DNA of 64,000 nucleotides. Source: Gracilinanus agilis (Eukaryota). The notes below the pieces were generated by a model. That model worked only from the letters and a program-made list of their open reading frames with translations. It had not been told where the DNA came from and made no database searches. The stretch is taken from positions 255,306,413 through 255,370,412 of the forward strand of contig NC_058135.1 in NCBI RefSeq assembly GCF_016433145.1, in the 5' to 3' direction. The stretch's first letter is position 1. Each line of letters starts with the position of its first letter. Positions 25,270 through 37,410 of this stretch are shown one piece after another. Made by a program: the position numbers and the translations under genes.

Positions 25270-25757
25270 TCCCTTTTGCTCTGGTCATAAAGCAGAAACT
25301 CCTCAGACTACTATTTATAGCCTTCCACAATCTCTCTTGAATTTTTCCAGCTTATTTCATCCCTCCCTTTCATGCATTCTGGGTTCCAGCTAAATTTGAC
25401 TACTAATTGTTCTCTCAACTCAATAAGATAACATCCGCATCCATGCCTAAGCACTGGTTGTTCCACTTTCTTGAAAAACACTACTTCTATACCTCCACTT
25501 TAAAGAAACCTTGGTTACCCTTAAGGCCCAGCTAAAGGCCTACATCTTCTGTAAAACCTTTTCTGATAGCCCTGGTTCTTCATACTTTCTTCCTTTCCAA
25601 ATTATCTTTATGTCCTCATCCATGTACCTGTTGTGTCCCCCCCCCCCAGTAAATTTAAGAGTAAGGAGTGTTTGTTTTTGTCTTTTCATTCCAAGCATTT
25701 AGCACAATACTTTGACTATATTAGGTAGTTAATAAATATTAGTTGGATTGGATTGGA
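25270..25757 (+). mobile_element. L2 3' portion
   Basis: ttaaggcccagctaaaggcctacatcttc...ccaagcatttagcacaatac...taataaatattagttggattggattgga. Confidence 0.75.
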
Positions 25758-26289
25758 TAAGAAGTGCAACTGATGATGGGAGTTCAGAATAAAGAATTCC
25801 TGTCTCGAAGATGGAGGTTGCCTATATATTAGCTCACCCTTAGAAGATGTGGGGAGTATTTTGACACATAGAACTGTGATAAAGAAGATATTTTGGAAGG
25901 AGGGAACAGTGAGCCAAATTTTGAAGAAAGAGGCAAGGGAAGATGGTCTATTCTTTTGAAACCTATTCATACTGTCACAAATGGATTTTTGCAAATTTAG
26001 ATGAATTGATCTAGAGGACAAATTATGGAATACATTTAGGGAAAAGCAAAAAAAAATCCTAATGCTACAAACTCTCATCATGAACATATTGGCATTTAGC
26101 CCATTATCAGAAAAAAATTAACTTCATCTAAGTAACTATCTATGAAGTTTGACCAACAAAGTAGTAGAAGAATAGTAGAAATTTCAAGATTAGTGTGAGG
26201 TTATCATTAAAGAATTTAATCATAGGACTTAGATTGGACTTAGATGGAAGGACTTAGAAGTGATGAAGATGATGATGACAAAAAAAATT

Positions 26290-26530
26290 ATATATTTATA
26301 GCCCCTTATTGTTTTAAAAACACTTTGCCTGTACCCCATTGTCATCTCATTTGGTCTTTAGAACAATCCTACAATATCCTCACTATGGGTAGTATGATCT
26401 GATCTCATTTTATTGATAAAGAAAGCATGACTCAGAAAGATTTGCTCTAGGCCTTCTGGATGGTAAATGAGCTATGTTCTAAACCCAGGTCTTCTGACTC
26501 CAAATTAATTCTCTTTCCATTGCCCCAATA
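26290..26530 (-). mobile_element. MIR
   Basis: tctcatttggtctttagaacaatcc...cattttattgataaagaaagcatgactcaga...aacccaggtcttctgactccaa. Confidence 0.75.
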
Positions 26531-26780
26531 TTAACTCATTTACCAAGTGATCAAAGACCTTCTCTTCAACAAAACCCTCATGGTTTTTAACGGACTCATT
26601 TTTCTAATGTGTTGAATAAGTTCTGAAAGTATTTGAACCATCCAGGAGGATCCATTTTTGTTCATGAGGAAAAATCTGCTGGTTGGAGTTTAAAGGCAAA
26701 TATGGATCCTTTCCCCCTTATTCAAGGGTTATTTTCCTTTTGAACCTTGCTCAGGTGTCTGCTCACTGCTGTTGTGTTTT

Positions 26781-27300
26781 TTTTTTAACATTTATTAATA
26801 TACATTTTTAACATGGTTGCCTGATTCATGCTCCTCTTATCCCCTTCACACCCTCCCCCCCCCCCCGCACTCCCCCCCCGATGCGCATTTCCACTAGTTT
26901 TGTCATGTGTCCTTGATCAAGACCAATTTCCAAATTGTTGGTAGTTGCATTGGTGTGGTAGTTTCGAGTCCACACCCTCAATCATGTCCACCCCGACCCA
27001 TGCGTTCAAGCAGTTGTTTTTCTTATATGTTTCCTCTCCTGCAGTCCTTCCTCTGAATGTGGGTAGCATCTTTACCATAAATCCCTCGGAATTGTCCTGG
27101 GTCATTGTATTGCTGCTGGTACAGAGGTCCATTACATTCAATTTTACCACAGTATATCAGTCTCTGTGTACAGTGTTCTTCTGGCTCTGCTCCTTTCACT
27201 CTGCATCAGTTCCCGGAGGTCTCTCCAGTTCGCCTGGAACTCCTCCAGTTTATTATTCCTTTTAGCACAATAGTATTCCATCACCCGCATATACCACAGT
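26781..27300 (-). mobile_element. Young 5'-truncated L1 (ORF2 C-terminus plus 3'UTR)
   Basis: Perfect 14-bp TSD tgctgttgtgtttt at 26767-26780 and 27301-27314; intact frame LWYMRVMEYYCAKRNNKLEEFQANWRDLRELMQSERSRARRTLYTETDILW; many CpGs retained. Confidence 0.95.
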
Positions 27301-28546
27301 TGCTGTTGTGTTTTGAGGGGAGTTTTTAAATTTGTTTTTCTCTGCACAAATGTATGAGATGCAGACATTAGATTACCTGCCTGAAAGGCTGGACCTTTTA
27401 AAAACATTCTCCAACCAGAGAAATTGTAACAGTGGTGGTGGTGAGGCCTCAATAAGTGACAATTTAAGGGCTTACCTATTTATTGTTCCAGAACCTTGGG
27501 CGTCCTTATTTTCACAGGAATAAAAAATTAAGGTATCATTAAAATTTTTTAAAATAAAAATAAAATTTAGAAATTATTAAATTACAATAATTTGCTTTAT
27601 AACTTAGGGGAAATGAGTTGGCTTACTTAGTTTTGTGTATATGTATGTATTTTATATGTATGTTTGCAGGGAACTCAGAAGCACTTTGGGGAAGTGGAAA
27701 CTTCATCTTTATTTCTTAACAAATGACAGATTTACAACATCTGCCATTATTTTTTTCATATTTTCTAAATGAGAGATCAATTCTGTTCTGTAACAGTCAT
27801 AATCATGTGCTGTGGACTTCAGAGAAAGTAACAAAAGTGAAAACCTGATTCGATCTAAATGACAGAACACAAACAGGTTGGCAAATTTCAAACAGCTTTT
27901 TTTTCCCCTACACAGAACCAGATAGCAAGTTTTGCTGATTTTTTCATTGGGTTTTCCAGTTAATTGACTAATTTAAAATAATCCTTTATCATTATATAGG
28001 CACTACTTGTCTTTTTTCATTAAACCATATTTCCAAAGGGAAGAAAAATTATATCTTCATGGGGCCAAATCATTTCATGAATATCTCAGAACTGTGAATG
28101 TAGGCTCTTATTTTTTATTAACTCTTGGCCGTTTTATTTGTAGATTTTTTTTTTTTGCCATAATACACATGTAATATGTCTTCCCACTTAGGAAATATAG
28201 GAAGACATGAGTTGTTAATTTGGTGTAATGCTATAATTATATCCTTCATCAGGATAATTATATAAAAGTAAATAAAGGTAGGGCTAAGATAATTCTTAAT
28301 TTAGGAAGTCTTTCAATTGTATCATGCTTGTAATTAAAGTGTTTTTATAGAATTTTAAGGATTTTAATAAGAAAGTAAAGATTTGATTTCTTCATAGTTT
28401 AGCTTTTTAAAAAACAACACTAAAACCACCTGGGAAATGGTTTCTTTACTTGCACAACAAGGAATGGCAATCTGCTGAACCTCTTCGCAAAGAAGAAATG
28501 ATCCTCAAAGTGTTTTTATCCTAAAAGAGCCCTGAACTTAGAGATG

Positions 28547-28566
28547 AATTTGACGCATCAGTTGAC
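28547..28566 (+). promoter_or_regulatory. Candidate PAX6 paired-domain binding site
   Basis: AATTTGACGCATCAGTTGAC matches 14 of the 16 defined positions of ANNTTCACGCWTSANTKMNY, with the core CpG intact. Confidence 0.5.
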
Positions 28567-28755
28567 TCATTCCACATGCAAGACAGTAGAAGATGAATTA
28601 ACTAATATAATGCTGATAGAAAAAAATGTGTGCTTTTGTACTAGGAAATATGTAATTACTCTGTTTGTGTTACTTAAGCCACCGAAAAGAAACATCACAC
28701 ATTACTAGGCATTAAAAATAAACATCATGAATTATATGTGATTAAACAACCATGT

Positions 28756-28934
28756 TAAGGCCAGCTGGGTAGCTCAGTGGATTGAGAGCCAGGCCTAGAG
28801 ATGGGAGGCACTTCCCAGCTGTGTGACCCTGGGCAAGTCACTTAACCCCCGTTGCCTACCCTTACCACTCTTCTGCCTTGGAGCCAGTACACAGTATTGA
28901 CTCCAAGACGGAAGGTAAGGGTTTAAAAAAAAAA
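28756..28934 (+). mobile_element. SINE1_Mdo (long-tail) with internal deletion of the B-box region
   Basis: gatgggagg joined directly to cacttccc; TSD aaacaaccatgt 28744-28755 / aaacaaccgtgt 28935-28946. Confidence 0.9.
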
Positions 28935-30124
28935 AAACAACCGTGTGGCCTGATAGTTATTAGTTTTAAAGTATTGCAATAAATCCAAAAACTCATTTTT
29001 ATTTATTTTAGAGTATTCTCTAATGTCCCCTTTCCTTAACCCATTGAATTTCCCATTAAAAGATCCCACAACAAAGTCTATCATATCCCCAGAAACATGC
29101 ATATCCAGGTACAGATACACAAATGAAAGCAGACAACCCAAAGCACAAATCTTTGACCTGTTTCTTGGTAGTTAGAACTCCCTGACGTAAGCAGTGACTA
29201 CAGAATTCCATAATAGACAGAAGCAGCAAGATGGACATGTGTGGAAGGATCAAATGAAAACAAACATTCCCCTTCCTTCCCTTGGCAACCCAAATACCCA
29301 GGTTCCATTTTTAGTCTGAAGTCCTATGATCCTTAAATGTGGCCTTCAAGAGAAGGAAGAACAGAACTTAAAATGTCTTAGGTTAGCTCAGGTCTGCCAT
29401 GGAATCAAGGTTCCTTTCCAGCGGTGGGGAGCTTTTTTTTCCCCACCAACCCTTGTATGGGGAGGAAGAAGATGGGGTAGACCAGAAGACCCTGACTTTT
29501 GTTATGATCTACTAGGGATTGTTTTGTGGCCTGTTTTTTAGCACCCAAATGCCTGGCCTATGGGAAGTAGCCCAAAGCAATCAAGTCACCAAATGAACAT
29601 TCATCATTCTGTTGCTTATATCCCAGTAAATCAATGCTTTGCTTATCTAGCTCAAACCCTGCTGAGAAAATTGTCCATATTCTTTTCTCATGTTGAAGAC
29701 TACTGTGTCACATAGTGCTTAGAATAATAACAGTCACTGTTTGGGACTTGGGAATCTTTGGTTATTTGGAGAATTTGTTGCAATAGTAACTAGGCTCTTC
29801 TAATTTGGGGGGAAATAGCACTTCATAGAAAGACTTTTTAAAATAGGTCTATTCCCTTTTTTGTCCAATTACATGAAGAAACAGTTTTCTGACGTTTTGA
29901 GATACAAATTCTCTCCCTCCTTTCCTCCCCCACTATTCATTGAGATGGCAAATATTAGAGCTAAACTTTTCAAATAAGATATTTAACAAATATATATGAT
30001 TTAGAAAAACTTGTGATTTTTTCCCCCAAACAACTCAGTGATCTGTTCTTTTGATTTACAGTTATGATAATATGCCCTGAATAAGTTTCATATGACATCA
30101 TGGTAATCTCTTATTTAGACTATT

Positions 30125-30180
30125 AAATAATGAATATTTATATTGAATATAAGTTTATATTCAATATAAATAATGAATAT
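30125..30180. repeat. Perfect 18-bp inverted repeat (2-nt loop) overlapping a 13-bp direct repeat
   Basis: tatttatattgaatataa (30135-30152), gt, ttatattcaatataaata (30155-30172); aaataatgaatat at 30125-30137 and 30168-30180. Confidence 0.9.
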
Positions 30181-31205
30181 ATATAAAAATAAAATAGGTA
30201 CAACTACAGTTGTCATAACAGCAGTTTCTGAAATAATGATGTGACTGCAATTGATATGCTTTAATCCTATTATCCACCCTCCATAATAACTTCTTCTAAT
30301 TCAGGTATTAATAGAGTATACTGTATGAAAGCAGATAATTAGAAATATGGGTTTAAATATACAAGATATTTGTAGTTTTTACAATACAGTTCTTTAACTT
30401 AATAGTTTATACTTCTCAGTTGTTTCTTAGTTATTTAGATAATTTACATGATAAAATGCCAACATTTTAGTGTACACCATTTTTTGGTTGAGATTTCTCA
30501 AAGTCAGTGACTTAAGTCAGAAGAACTAGGGTGCAGTCCCAGTTCTAATATTTATTACTTGTGTAATTAAATAAGTTATTCAAACTTTCTAAATCTCCAA
30601 TTCCTTATTTACAAGATAGAAATGTGTCTAATGTTTATTGGAATGGAACCATAGGATCAGAAAAACTCATCTGATCTTATTCTTAGGTTACTGGCTTCTC
30701 TTGTGAGAAAAGAGCTTTCTAAATTGTACAGTCAGTTTGTGGATGCTCCCATCCTACTTTCACAAAGTCCTAGTCCAGTGCCTTGTTAGAGCACAGAGGT
30801 GAGTCTGGTCTCTGGATAGTTCTATCAGTCCAGTGCCGGCTCTGGCAACTTTTCTTAGAAAATAATCTTTGTGGAGGACATTTTATTGATTATATCAAGA
30901 CCCAGAACACTGCTGAGCCTCCTAAATTATCTCCATGGTCACTTAAAAGATGTGGTCCTCTGTATCTACATAGGAAAAGCAAAGGAGATGGAGAGTTCCT
31001 GTTGTCCAGACTGGGATATACCATTGAGTGTGTAGATCCTACAGATGGTCAATGAACTGAACTCTACTTCCAGTAGGGGAACAGAACAAATGAAATTACC
31101 TTTCTAAAATTGTTCTCTGCTTTTAAAGAATCTAGTATTCTTCTAATGATGCTGAATTTTTGTAAAGTCATAGAATGCCACAATATATGAAGAATTAATT
31201 GCTTT

Positions 31206-31406
31206 GGGGGGAAGCTATGTAGCTCAGTGGATTGAGAGCCAGATCTGAAAATGGGAGATCCTGAGTTCAAATCTGGCCTCAGACACTTCTGAGCTATGTG
31301 CTCCTGGGCAAGTCATTTAACCCCAGCTGCCTAACCCTTACCACTCTTCTCTTTTGGGACCCATACAAAGTATTGATTCTAAGAAGGAAGGCAAGGTTAA
31401 AAAAAA
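31206..31406 (+). mobile_element. SINE1_Mdo-type (long-tail)
   Basis: gctcagtggattgagagccag...gagttcaaatctggcctcagacac...gaaggcaaggttaaaaaaaa. Confidence 0.88.
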
Positions 31407-31599
31407 TTAGTTACCATTTATGCAAAGGGCAATGGAGAAAGAGAAAGGTTGACCTGAATCAGCTGCAATATATTACTAACAATAATTCATCCTCAGAGAG
31501 ATACATAACTAGAAAAGGGGGGGGGGGTGAATAAGTCATGTGACAAGTCAACGTAGGACTGAGCAATGATTGCATGGTCCATTGATGTCCCACAAAAAT

Positions 31600-31858
31600 G
31601 ATACAATGATGGGATCTAGAAGACCCAAGAACTGTGTTGGAGAAGCTGAAGCATGGGTGCTGGGGTGGCAAAGGGAAGGCTGCTCTGTTCCCCCTCTCCA
31701 CAATGCCTGAGGATGTTTTTTTACATGCCCCATCCCTCTATCCAGCCACCCAAAGTAAGCACTTCCTCCCTCCACTGTCTGGATAATTCGGGGGCTCACA
31801 GGCAACTTGAAGTGGCACTTTGGGCATGTGATCTTGAAAACATTCACCAACACTGTCC
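31600..31858 (-). mobile_element. Probable non-autonomous hAT-like element (GC-rich)
   Basis: The right end reads cagtgttggtgaatg on the minus strand (hAT-like terminus); the interior resembles a marsupial MITE family I recall. No second terminus found. Confidence 0.45.
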
Positions 31859-33439
31859 CAAAACATCTAGTGCAACCCCTATGGCTGGTTTGTGATTGGC
31901 AGCAATGGAATCTTAATTTTTTCCTAGGTCATTAGAGGTACTATTTAATTCCCATATTAAAGAATTTCCTGCTGAATCATACTATATTACATACATTTTT
32001 AGATTTTTTTTTCCTTTTTCCAAAATAGACCTTAACTACTTAGAAGAAAAAATTAAATGGTCATAACTACAAACCAAAGGCCAGTCCTTTCATATTCCCT
32101 ATGTAAAATATCTTTTTGGTTGGGCATCATTTATGCACACCTATACACAAAAGCAAAAAAAAAATGCTAACAAAGTCTTGTTTTAATGCAAATGAGCTAA
32201 AGGATAGATAGATACTGTACAGAGCCATTTAAGTTTCAACACTTTATTTAATAATGGCTTCACACCAGAGTATTCAAGACACATTCTTCACATACTAAAT
32301 GTAGAAAAAATTACCTCTGAGTTGGTGTGTTAAATTGCTTTCATGCTTTTGTCATTTTAATGGAAAAACCTTAAAGTGTGATGCTACCAGTCATCACCAC
32401 TTCTTCAGCTGACACATTTTCTTTAATAAATAGAGGAAGTAGGGAAGCAGGCATTATGACTACGTTTGGGAAGCTATGCCAAAACAATTTGATCGCATTA
32501 AAAAGAAAAATCACATTTTTGCTCTTCTGTTTACATATATTATGATTCTAAAGGGCAAGCTAGCTTGACCCTTCAGTGTGCCTCTTTTATCCTATTGAAT
32601 TAAGCTGTAGCATTTTTTTAATGCAGATTGGCATGATACTATCTATATTAGGTATATTGGGAAGTTAGAGGGCATGGTTTTTCTGTTAGTTGAAGAAACC
32701 TACAAAATAGGGCAAGCTGTATTTTAATAAGGAATCTTACGAGATATGCTTTTGTAAACTGTTAACCCACTTCATTTAAATAGTATATGATTTAAAAGGA
32801 GGGAATTGTGACCTATTCGTATCTCATCAAGTACATTGCCTTCATTAATGTGGCTTTCCAGGACTCACTATGACAGAACATTGGCACGTGAGGTTGCAAA
32901 GTGTGCTAGGTATTTTTTGTACATCATGTGGCAGTGGTGTTGCTATGGTAATTACTGCAGCTAAACCTTGCATAACTGATATAACCTACTCTTTCCCCAT
33001 TTTATTGTCATTAATACCTCCCCCAAAAAAGCCTTAGATATCTGTCCATCTGGTTTCCTTAAGTATATACGTTGCTTAAAAATAAGGACAATTAAAAAAA
33101 AAAAAACAGAAGACAGGCTTTTCACTGTACAAACCAAAAAAGAAAAAGAGGAAGAAGAAGAGAGAAAAAAGAAGGCTCTGGAAAGGCCAAAGGAAAACCT
33201 GAGTGAACTCCCCTCACATCATTAACACCTTCTCATTTCATTAGCACCTTTACAACCATACCCAACATCCTTTGCCTTGTCTTATCAACCTCCTTCTTCT
33301 TATAACCTTCTCTTTCTTGTTTTCCTCCTGAAGTCCCTCCTTCTTCTGGAGCCCTTCTCCTTTTCCTAATTAAGTCCTGCTTTTTCTTTACTCCAAGTCC
33401 ACCTCTTTCTCCATTTCCATCTCCTTGAATCCTTCTCCT

Positions 33440-33755
33440 TAGTTCTCCTTAATCTGGAGCCAAAACCAAATTTTTATCAAGCACCTAACTGTGTATGTGG
33501 ACAGCATACACAGTGCTTGAAATAAAGGCATAAAAGTCACATATTCTCTCCCACAATGAGCATTAATATTGTATTTGGAAGAAGAAGGGTGAAAAAAGAG
33601 GAAACCAAATCAACAAACATTGAGTACTTACTCTGTGCCAAGCACTGTGCTGTGTGCTAGATTTACAAAGAAAAGCAAACATTCCCTCAAGTAGTTCACA
33701 TTCTATTGAGGGAGAGCAATGTGTAATTAACTGGATACAAAAAGAAATACATTTT

Positions 33756-33786
<31 letters not shown>

Positions 33787-34200
33787 TACACACACATTTA
33801 AATTACATTTTTATACATACACAGAGAGTATATCAAAAGTAATTTCAGAGGGAATATCAGGAACTGGGGAGACCAGGGAAGGCCTCCTACAGAAAGTGGG
33901 ATTTGAAGTGGATCTTGAAGGAAGCTAGAGAAACTACCAGACAGAGATGAGGAGGAAGCACATATCAGACCGTACAAAAAACGTTGAACCTCAAGGTAGT
34001 ATCAGATGTGAAGAACAAGCGGTTCTTCTCACTGGTTCTGTAGCATAGGAGGGAGTAAAGTAAAAGGTGAACTAGTAGGTTGGGGAAGGGACCAACTAGT
34101 GAAGAGCTTCTCATGCCTAACTGAGGCTTCTTTTTTATCTTGGAGGGCTCTTTTGTCATTGTTGGGCTGTGCCTGTCCCAGCCCTATATGTCATTTGGAT
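33440..34200 (-). mobile_element. L2 fragments with an internal (TA)n/(CA)n tract
   Basis: caacaaacattgagtacttactctgtgccaagcactgtgct; gaaggcctcctacagaaagtgggatttgaag. Confidence 0.7.
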
Positions 34201-34686
34201 ATAAAAGCCTAGTTTACTCCATTGCTTCAGAAATGGAGAGGAAATCTGAATCCCTCTGGCCAAAGAAGGGAATCTCTATCTCAGAACCCTCTAGTTTATC
34301 TGCCATGATGGAATCATTGCTAGTGCTCTCCTTACCTGGCCCTTGCTTATCAATGCAGTTCTGTAGTCTTTGTCACAGGGATTCCATCAGTAAACTATAT
34401 AATGGAATCAGTGGTAATCAAATCCCAGAATGCTTTCCCTCCTTTGGCTTTCCAAGTCTGGCTTAAGCTGACAGATGCTCATTGCCCAAAAGGAATGCAT
34501 TCATCAGACAAGTGGAAGCCCAGACAAGTGGAGTTTACCTCCAAAGTGACAGAGGCTGTCACTGCAGCATTTGTAAGAGATGTGTTTTGTACTGTGGGAT
34601 CTGAATTGGGTTTTGAAGGAAACTTCAGAGGATAGCATTATTGTAGGTAAAAGGGGCTAGACTGTGAAAGGCTTTAAACAATTAGA

Positions 34687-34887
34687 GGGCCATCTAGCTA
34701 GCTCAGTGGAAAGAGAGCCCGGCCTGGGGATAGGAGGTCCTGGGTTCAAATATGTCCTCAAACACTTCCTAACAATGTGACCCTGGTCAAGTCACTTAAC
34801 CCCCATTGCTTGCCTCTTACTGCTCTTTTGCCTTTAAACTAATTCTTAGTATAGATTCTGAGGCAGAAGGGAAGGGATTTTTTTTTT
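34687..34887 (+). mobile_element. SINE1_Mdo-type (older)
   Basis: gctagctcagtggaaagagagcccggcc...ggttcaaatatgtcctcaaacacttcc. Confidence 0.85.
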
Positions 34888-36224
34888 CATTAAAAAAAGA
34901 CAAAAAGTAATTCTTATAATTCTTGACCAGCATGTCTGCTAAAATATAAACCATATTATAATACTACGATTCAATAAATTTTGCATTAATGTTCAACCCA
35001 AAATGCAAATGAGGAGCTTTTAAAGCATATATCAAAATATCTAGGCACTGAAGAAAAAACTAAGCCCCTATTGCTAGAGTGCTATTTTCTGATATTGTAT
35101 TATATATTTTTCGTGATTGAAGCTCTTCTATTTTTTCCCATTTTAAATTCATTTCAGTGGTTTTGTTTCCCTTTGGCTTTCTGTTTGGTATAACTAAGGT
35201 GAAAGGAGTATTGTTTCCCGGTGATTGTGCCCACATCCTCTATCTTAGTAAGTTGTGAAGTTAGTGGGCTCAGACTCTGAAGATCAAAGCATCACCAGTG
35301 ACTGACACGAGAGAGTATAGAGGGCTATCTGCTTCTCAGCAACTCTGAGGACCTGACTGGAGAGTGGGGAACAGGACAGACCCCAACTGGTTAGTGGATA
35401 AAACCCAGCCTGAAGGGGGATGTTGGAAAGAGGATCAGAAGGGCACCTGATATTGTAACTTCATAGCAAAGTGAAAATATCTTTAGAATAAATACTATGG
35501 ATATTTTTTCTTTATAAAGCAGTCAGTTTTGTTTCACTATTTTGATGAGGAGAGTGAAGGAATTTTGGAGTAAATGAGAATGGTCTTTTTCCTCAAAATT
35601 AGGAAATTGTGTGCTGTCTTGGTCAATAGAATGGTTATGGTTCATTTTTCCTCCATTCAATATATGTTATACTACAAAAAGAATGATAACTCATGCAGTT
35701 TTATCACAACTTCTCATACAAAATTGTTTCCTTTCTGAAATGCTACCTAAATATTATTGGTAATATGGTATGAGGAGCTGACAAAGTTGTCAGTATTAGA
35801 AAAGTGGCCATTGCAGTATGTTGGTGTAGACATATACTCCATGTAATAAGTAATATTCAAGGAGTAGCATTTCCTCCTTTTGTTAGCATCATGAGCCCTC
35901 ACAATCAAATTTGTCACCCCTGATATTTCATACATGTACATCTTAATCTTAAGGTTTTCAGGGTTGAATTAAAAGTATGAATGCTCTAGTTGCATATGAT
36001 AGGGGGGGAGTGCTTTGCCACACAGCTAGTACTTTGCAAAGCCAACCTAAGATCATGCATCTTATTCCCAGAACCAGAGGTAAACCTCAACCTGTATAAC
36101 CAAGATGAGTACTGTACATTGGGAAATTTCCATTTTAATTTCATTTCTAGAGGGTCAGTGAATGTAATTTAGAGTGAAGGTGGAAGGTTTAAAGGAATTT
36201 ATCTCTTCGGTAACCTATACAGCT

Positions 36225-36470
36225 AGATGAAGCAGTGAATAGAATTCTGGACTTAGAATAAAAGACCCGAGTTCTAAACTAGTCTTAGACACTTAATAGC
36301 TATCTATGCTTACTTAATTTACTAGCTTCCTAATCTAACCCTGGGCAAATCACTTAATGACTGGCTGCCTCAGTTTTCCCTTAAAAATGGGGATAATAAT
36401 AGCACTTACCTCACAGGGTTGTTGTGAGGATCAACTGAGATATATGTAAAATACTTTGCAGACCTTTATA
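36225..36470 (+). mobile_element. MIR/CORE-SINE
   Basis: gcctcagttttcccttaaaaatggggataataatagcacttacctcacagggttgttgtgaggatc. Confidence 0.8.
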
Positions 36471-37221
36471 TGCCATGTTAACAAGAGTATTTTTGTCTCT
36501 CAATCACAAATATATGGAGCTTTTGATATACAAAGTGTCCAGATTGGCATTAGTTTACTCTTTGAAGGTATAAATTAGATTCATTAAACAGTAATAAAAA
36601 TTAAGTGTGGAGGAACCAATAGATCTCAGTGGAAAAGGGGCCCACTTTCTTCACTGCCAGCAATAACTGCTGACCCACTGCCATCAACAGGCAGGGCGAT
36701 ACAGGAGCCCTGCCACTTTCCTCAAGTGTTTAGCACAATACTTTGCACATAGTAAGTGCTTTAGAAATGTTTCATTCATTGACTTATAGATAAGGCAGAA
36801 AGTGACCTGAACACAGTCATGAGATTGGTAAGTCCTTGCAGATCTAGGACCTGAGCACACGTCTTTAGACTCCACACTGTGTGCAACAATAAGCTGAGAC
36901 AGATTCGGGTACCAGTCTGTTGGTTTAGGTCTGACATTGTAATAAAATGGTATTTTTTATTTATCCTTTGCATAGAAAGGATGTTTAACAAGGATAAAAA
37001 CAGTATTTAGCCCAAACTACTCACATAATAAGCACTTAATAAATGCTTAGCTTACTGACTATCCATCCCATGACCCCATATGGAATGGTATGGTGACTCA
37101 CTGGGCCTTGAGACATCCTCCAAATGTGAAGGACTAGGATGCCAAATGAGGAGACCTTTCTATGCGATGAACAAGAGTATTAATCAACAGCCTGAAGTCA
37201 CTAAGAAGTTGCATCTATAAA

Positions 37222-37410
37222 GGGAAGCTGGGTGGCTCTGTGGTTAGAGAGCCAGGTCTGGAGACGGGAGGTCCTGGGTTCAAATGTGACCTCAGACACT
37301 TCTTAGCTGTGTAACCCTGGGCAAGTTACTTAATGCCTATTACCTAGCATTTACCAGTCTTCTGCCTTAGACCCATATTCAGTATTGATTCTAAGACTGA
37401 AGGTAAGAGA
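37222..37410 (+). mobile_element. SINE1_Mdo-type (long-tail)
   Basis: gggaagctgggtggctctgtggttagagagccaggtctggagacgggaggtcctgggttcaaatg. Confidence 0.88.
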
